A DNA stretch of 64,000 nt from contig NC_043002.1 of the NCBI RefSeq assembly GCF_006345805.1, positions 108,562,001 through 108,626,000 of the forward strand. The letters run 5' to 3'. The DNA is from Octopus sinensis. Lineage: Eukaryota. The notes below the pieces were generated by a model that saw nothing but the letters and a program-made list of their open reading frames with translations, ran no database searches and was not told where the DNA came from. Positions 59,461 through 64,000 of this stretch are shown here, one piece after another. Within the stretch, counting starts at the first letter, position 1. Each line of letters begins with the position of its first letter. Position numbers and translations under genes: made by a program.

Positions 59461-60384
59461 ATAAGATTACGGGTACCTAATTAAGATATTCTCCGCTACT
59501 ATCAACAAGTAACGAACCGAGTATACATATGTATGTATAGCTGTCGGACTTGTAACACCATACGTTTAATATATGCATTCTTCTCTTTATTTTTCTGTTT
59601 TGTACTGTGTCAGTCTATTCTCTTTTTTTTTTATATATTTATACTTAAATATTCACCGTCTCTATTTACATGTATATACATATATTCTCTATACGAAACC
59701 CAAGCAGTTTTATTTGTTTAATTACATCATTGTCCCGTAAACTTGGTCCTCGGCAAAGGTTTCAAAGCCTAACTTAAATCATTTGAGCGCTACAAAGTGT
59801 TTTCCATATTGAGAACCAGGCTCTCGTCTCTTGACTCTATGCTATTAATGGGGAGAATATATACATATATACACACTTAAAAACTATAGAAGCTTTTTCG
59901 ATAAAAAAAAGCAAAACAAAAAGTAAATATTTTCAGCTGTAAAAGTGTGTCATTGGCTGTTGTTTCTAGCGTATCCCATGACCAACTTCCTTGTGTCTTT
60001 CTCACTCTGACAAGTATTGCTTTTTTTTTTTCTTCAATATTTTTTCCCCATAGCATAAACTCATGCTATTAAAAAAACTTTTTTTTGGTAGTTGGGGAGT
60101 TGCAGTCATAATCGTAAGATTGTGGTTTCGATTCCAGGACCAGGCAATGCGTTATGTTCTTGAGCAAAGCTTCATTTCACGTTGGTCAATACCCTCAGCC
60201 GGCTAAAATGGATAATCTTGCAATGGACGTGCATCCCGTCCAAGAGGGGTGAGTGGAATATGTAATATATATGCCCCAGAATCCTGGAAACCAAACCTGA
60301 GAGCTTATAGGCTTGGGAACGATATTTCGGTATATATATGTGTGTGTGTGTGAGTGTGTATAGGGAGACGTTCATGCCACCATA

Positions 60385-60520
60385 TGGCGTAGTGGTTAAG
60401 AGGGCGGGTTACTAACCCCCGTTCAAAATTTCCCCAAGACACCTGGTGAAGGCTGGAGGGTATATCAGCGGAAACGTGTTAGCAACAAACAAGATTAAGT
60501 CAAATGTAAATAATGTATAT
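60385..60520 (+). mobile_element. Internally deleted copy of the tRNA-head/hammerhead element
   Basis: A-box TGGCGTAGTGG (60385-60395), then cccaagacac-CTGGTGA-aggctg...cagcg-GAAAC-gtgtt. Confidence 0.55.
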
Positions 60521-61533
60521 ATATACGTATGTATACATACACACACAAGCAACTGAAAGTTGCAGTCTTATCAGATTACTTAAGTTAAGTACCACTGTAC
60601 TTAGTTTAATAGTAGGACGGGTGGCTGCTTGAGAAACTTGTGTCCTGTAAACGAAATCTTTTGTTATGGGTGCAGACATAGCCGCGTGGTTAAAAAGTTC
60701 GTTCAGCAATTGCGTGCTTTCGGGTTCAGTTCCACTGCACGGCACTTTGTTGCGAGTGTCTTTGACGATTCTTTGGAGGTGGTACATCAAAACTGAAACT
60801 ATTTACTCAATTTCCGTAAAAGAAAAAAATTAATTTATTCAATTTTTTTCATCTGAATCGCCTATATTCATCTTTTTTGTGTGTGTTTGTATGTATGTGT
60901 TTTTATGTGAGTATGCACTAGCTTAGCTAGTGAGAGTGCCGTCCGGGGCGGCCCTTCCGTTTGCCGCCCCCGGACCCAACATATTGCCTACTGCAGACTT
61001 AAAAATGGTGCCCCTTTGAAAGTCCCACCCGGGACTGACACTCCCCCCCCTCCAGTTACGCTCATGTCTGATTTCCATGCTGAGGACTGGCAAGCCAGGG
61101 GGCTGCACCAGGCTCCAATCTGATCTGGCAAGGTTTCTTCAGCGGGTGCCCTTCCTAACACCAACCACACCGAGAGTGTAGTGGGTGCTTTTTACGTGCC
61201 ACCGGCATGGGGGCCAATCAGTCGACACTGGCAACGACCATGCTCAAGTGGTGTTTTTTACACACCACTGGCACGGGAGCCAGTCAGGTGACATTGGCAA
61301 TGACCACACTGAAATGGTGTTTTCTATGTGCCACTGGCACGGGAGCCAGTCTGGAGCCAGTCTGGTGAGAATGGCATCAACCACGCTCGAATGCTGCTTT
61401 TTACATGCCGCCGGCATGGGTGCCAGTCAGGTGGGTGCATGTATGGATATGTGCGTATATATGTATACATGTGTTCATGTGCATGTATGTATATTTGTGT
61501 TTGTACATATAATTACGTATACATAAGTGATTT

Positions 61534-61722
61534 AGGTAGTTTAAGATGTACAAAATAGGTGTTCTTGCAGGTTGAGTAAACGGCAGCAAGCCTTTGACAC
61601 AACATGCAGGAACTGAACTCCTATTTTGTATATTTTAAACTACCTCTGAAGAGATCTGACATTCAGATAATTTTTAACTTAATTAATTTTCTGAAAGTCT
61701 GGAATTGAAATAGCTGTAAGGA
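61534..61722 (+). mobile_element. Penelope-type fragment: short inverted repeat plus hammerhead-like motif
   Basis: IR 61534-61559 / 61620-61645 (24 of 26 match); cct-CTGAAGA(61646-61652)...GAAA-tagct-GTA-agg. Confidence 0.55.
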
Positions 61723-62123
61723 ATGTTTGTCAATATTTTAATTAATAAATAATAATTTATTAATTATCTCTCTATTTTCTCGTCTTATTATAATCAATAT
61801 ATACAAAGCACGGTTTATATAGTTACCTTGCAGTGGAGTATTAAATATAATGTTCGATATTCTTTGTAAAGGTAACTAACCAGTGATTTCATAGGATTTT
61901 GCTATCCCTCAATGAGGTTTGTAACCTTTCTTTGTGCTTATATATATATATTTCTCTCCTTGTTTTTTCCGTGTACCTTTTCTGTAGAAGAGCGTTGGCT
62001 CGAAACGTAAAAGACTTTTTCTATTCCTGACCATTATACTAATACATCTGTTTGTTTTATACACCACCTGCCTTCATCTTTTGTTTTGTTTTTTTTTGTA
62101 AACTTTCCCTATATATATATATA

Positions 62124-63736
62124 CAGTGGCGGCCAAAATGTTCAGAACGGCATTGTTTTCGTCAGAAAAGTAGATATAATTTTTTATCAAAGTTGTTTTA
62201 TATTCTATAATTTTCACAGACAATAAATACGATATTATTTGTTATTGCCTGAGATTTTGGTGTAATTTGAGAGGATAATACAAAAGTTATGAATGATTTA
62301 GTGATTTACTGCAAAACCCATGGCGGCCAAAATGATCAGAACGGTTGCTTTTACTCCGAGTTTTTGGTATATTTAACCGGCGAACTCTAATGTTTTGAAT
62401 TTGTTTACGTGACGGTTCATTTACTAAACATTAGTAAGAATATTTGCAGTGTACTTTGTTAATATAATGCCACTTACTCCGTTACCAATTCGTCAGCAGA
62501 TTATTGAGCTTTGAAGGAAGGATAATTTAAGTATTGGATCTATTGCAAAGATTGTTAACAAGTCAAAAAGTGTTGTACACGGTATTCTTAAGGTCTACGA
62601 TGATTGTGGTTCGTGTGAAGCAAGAAAGTTTACAGGTAGGCCAAGAAAAACGACCAAGAGAGAAGATCGTGCTATGGTAAAGTTGGTTAAAAAGGACAGA
62701 TTTAAAACTGCTGCTGCTGTTTCTCGGAAAATGAACATTGTACTGAAGAAAACTTTATCTCGAAAAACTGTGTCTCGTCGTTTAGTTGAACATGACCTAC
62801 AAGCAAGAGCACCTGCAGTGAAGCCACTGATCAGCTCCAAGAATAAAAAGTGTCGTCTTACCTTTGCAACCGAACATGTGTTGTGGTCTCAACAAAAATA
62901 GCAAACGGTGCATTTCAGTGATGAATCTAAGTTTATGTTATGGGAAAAGGTACGTTCGTCGAAAAGTAGGTGAAAAATTGTCGCCTAAATGCCTTAAGAC
63001 TAGTGTTAAATTCGGTGGAGGAAGTGTCATGGTTTGGGGGATGATATCTGGAGATGGTGTGGGCCCTTTTGTGCGATTACATGGAAAGGTAAATGCAGGA
63101 GTTTATAAACAACTTGTATAAGATCATGTCTTGTCTGTGCTGAGAAATTCAACTAAGCAACCACCCATATTCATGCAGGACAATGCCCCATGTCACAAGG
63201 CGAAGGTGGTCATGAACTTCCTCAAGGCTGAAAAGGTTATTGTTATGGATTGGCCTGCTCAAAGCCCAGATCTCAATCCTATTGAAAATGTATGGAATAT
63301 TCTAGGAGAATGTTCGAAAGCCAGAAATCCTAAAACAACTGAGCAATTATGGAATGCCCTTCAGGAAGAATGGAATAAGATCACCCAGCAAGAAATTGAA
63401 AATTTAATTTCCTCATGCAGTCGAAGATGTGATTGAAGCTAAAGGGCTTCAGACTAAATATTAAATAATTCCAGTATTCTCTGTCATTTTTGATTATTTT
63501 GTTATTTTTTTCAACCGTTCTGATCATTTTGGCCGCCATGGGTTTTTGCAGTAAATCACTAAATCATTCATAACTTTTGTATTATCCTCTCAAATTACAC
63601 CAAAATCTCAGACAATAACAATTAATATGGTATTTATTGTCTGTGAAAATTATAGAATATAAAATTACTTTGATAAAAACTTATACTTACTTATCTGACG
63701 AAAACAATGCCATTCTGAACATTTTGGCCGCAACTG
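62124..63736 (+). mobile_element. Full-length Tc1-family (DD34E) transposon with IR/DR ends, 1613 bp
   Basis: TA flanks at 62122-62123 and 63737-63738; ~223-bp TIRs, each with two tggcggccaaaatg(t/a)tcagaacgg direct repeats. Confidence 0.95.
62467..63464 (+). pseudogene. Tc1 transposase pseudogene
   Basis: MPLTPLPIRQQIIEL*...GRPRKTT...KPLIS...FSDESKF...KFGGGSVMVWG...QDNAPCH-(34)-SPDLNPIENVW; in-frame stops and small frameshifts. Confidence 0.93.
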
Positions 63737-63768
<32 letters not shown>

Positions 63769-63780
63769 CTTTATTTAGCA

Positions 63781-63828
63781 AAAACTGTCCGATGAACGGC
63801 AACGGGAAACTCAGAGTAACAGGTTTTG
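63781..63828 (+). ncRNA. Degenerate type I minimal hammerhead-like motif
   Basis: aaaactgt-CCGATGA-acggcaacgg-GAAAC-tcaga-GTA-acaggtttt: stem I, palindromic stem III and GUA triplet are present, but the core U and stem II are mutated. Confidence 0.45.
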
Positions 63829-63933
63829 TTGAATTTTCTGCTGCTTTAAATAAAGCATATTACTCTACCACTGGTATTTGAGTACTCTTTTTTCCACCTT
63901 GTTTCACATTTATGTGTTTACTCTAGTATATAT

Positions 63934-63979
<46 letters not shown>

Positions 63980-64000
63980 ATTGGGGAGTATAACTCCAAA

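Larger units (their letters stand above)
57570..61950 (+). repeat. Right copy of the older inverted duplication: 5' exon and first intron of a predicted plus-strand sulfurtransferase paralog
   Basis: Collinear reverse-complement blocks matching 46367 down to 34960 (see the left copy). Confidence 0.9.

Overview
AT-rich, repeat-dense eukaryotic DNA. The tRNA-derived SINE families, RTE/CR1/Tx1/Penelope relics and (TA)n/(ATT)n/(TATG)n tracts suggest an octopod cephalopod (inference). One complete host gene is supported: a 7-coding-exon, 281-aa tandem-domain rhodanese (TST/MPST-like sulfurtransferase) on the minus strand, join(22132..22182, 22894..23018, 25275..25361, 27504..27645, 30703..30798, 32501..32696, 34429..34577). 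All its introns are GT-AG and all exon phases are compatible. It has an atypical CYKGVT active-site loop, and several family-conserved residues differ from the consensus by a single A where G is expected. Its putative 5' non-coding exon and 11.5-kb first intron are mirrored, inverted and collinear, at 57.6-61.95 kb. This predicts a head-to-head paralog whose coding exons start just beyond the window. A younger 4.2-kb inverted duplication (2.4-6.6 kb / 47.0-51.3 kb) brackets the whole gene. Also present: a 6.7-kb satellite with a constant 31-bp core and variable GT spacers, a full-length decayed IR/DR Tc1 element, a Tigger relic with a nested LTR-like insert, a Naiad-like Penelope relic, several hammerhead-like motifs (one family fused to a tRNA-like Pol III head), MITEs and many SINEs. 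All alignments were done by eye. Repeat boundaries are approximate unless TIRs or TSDs are quoted.
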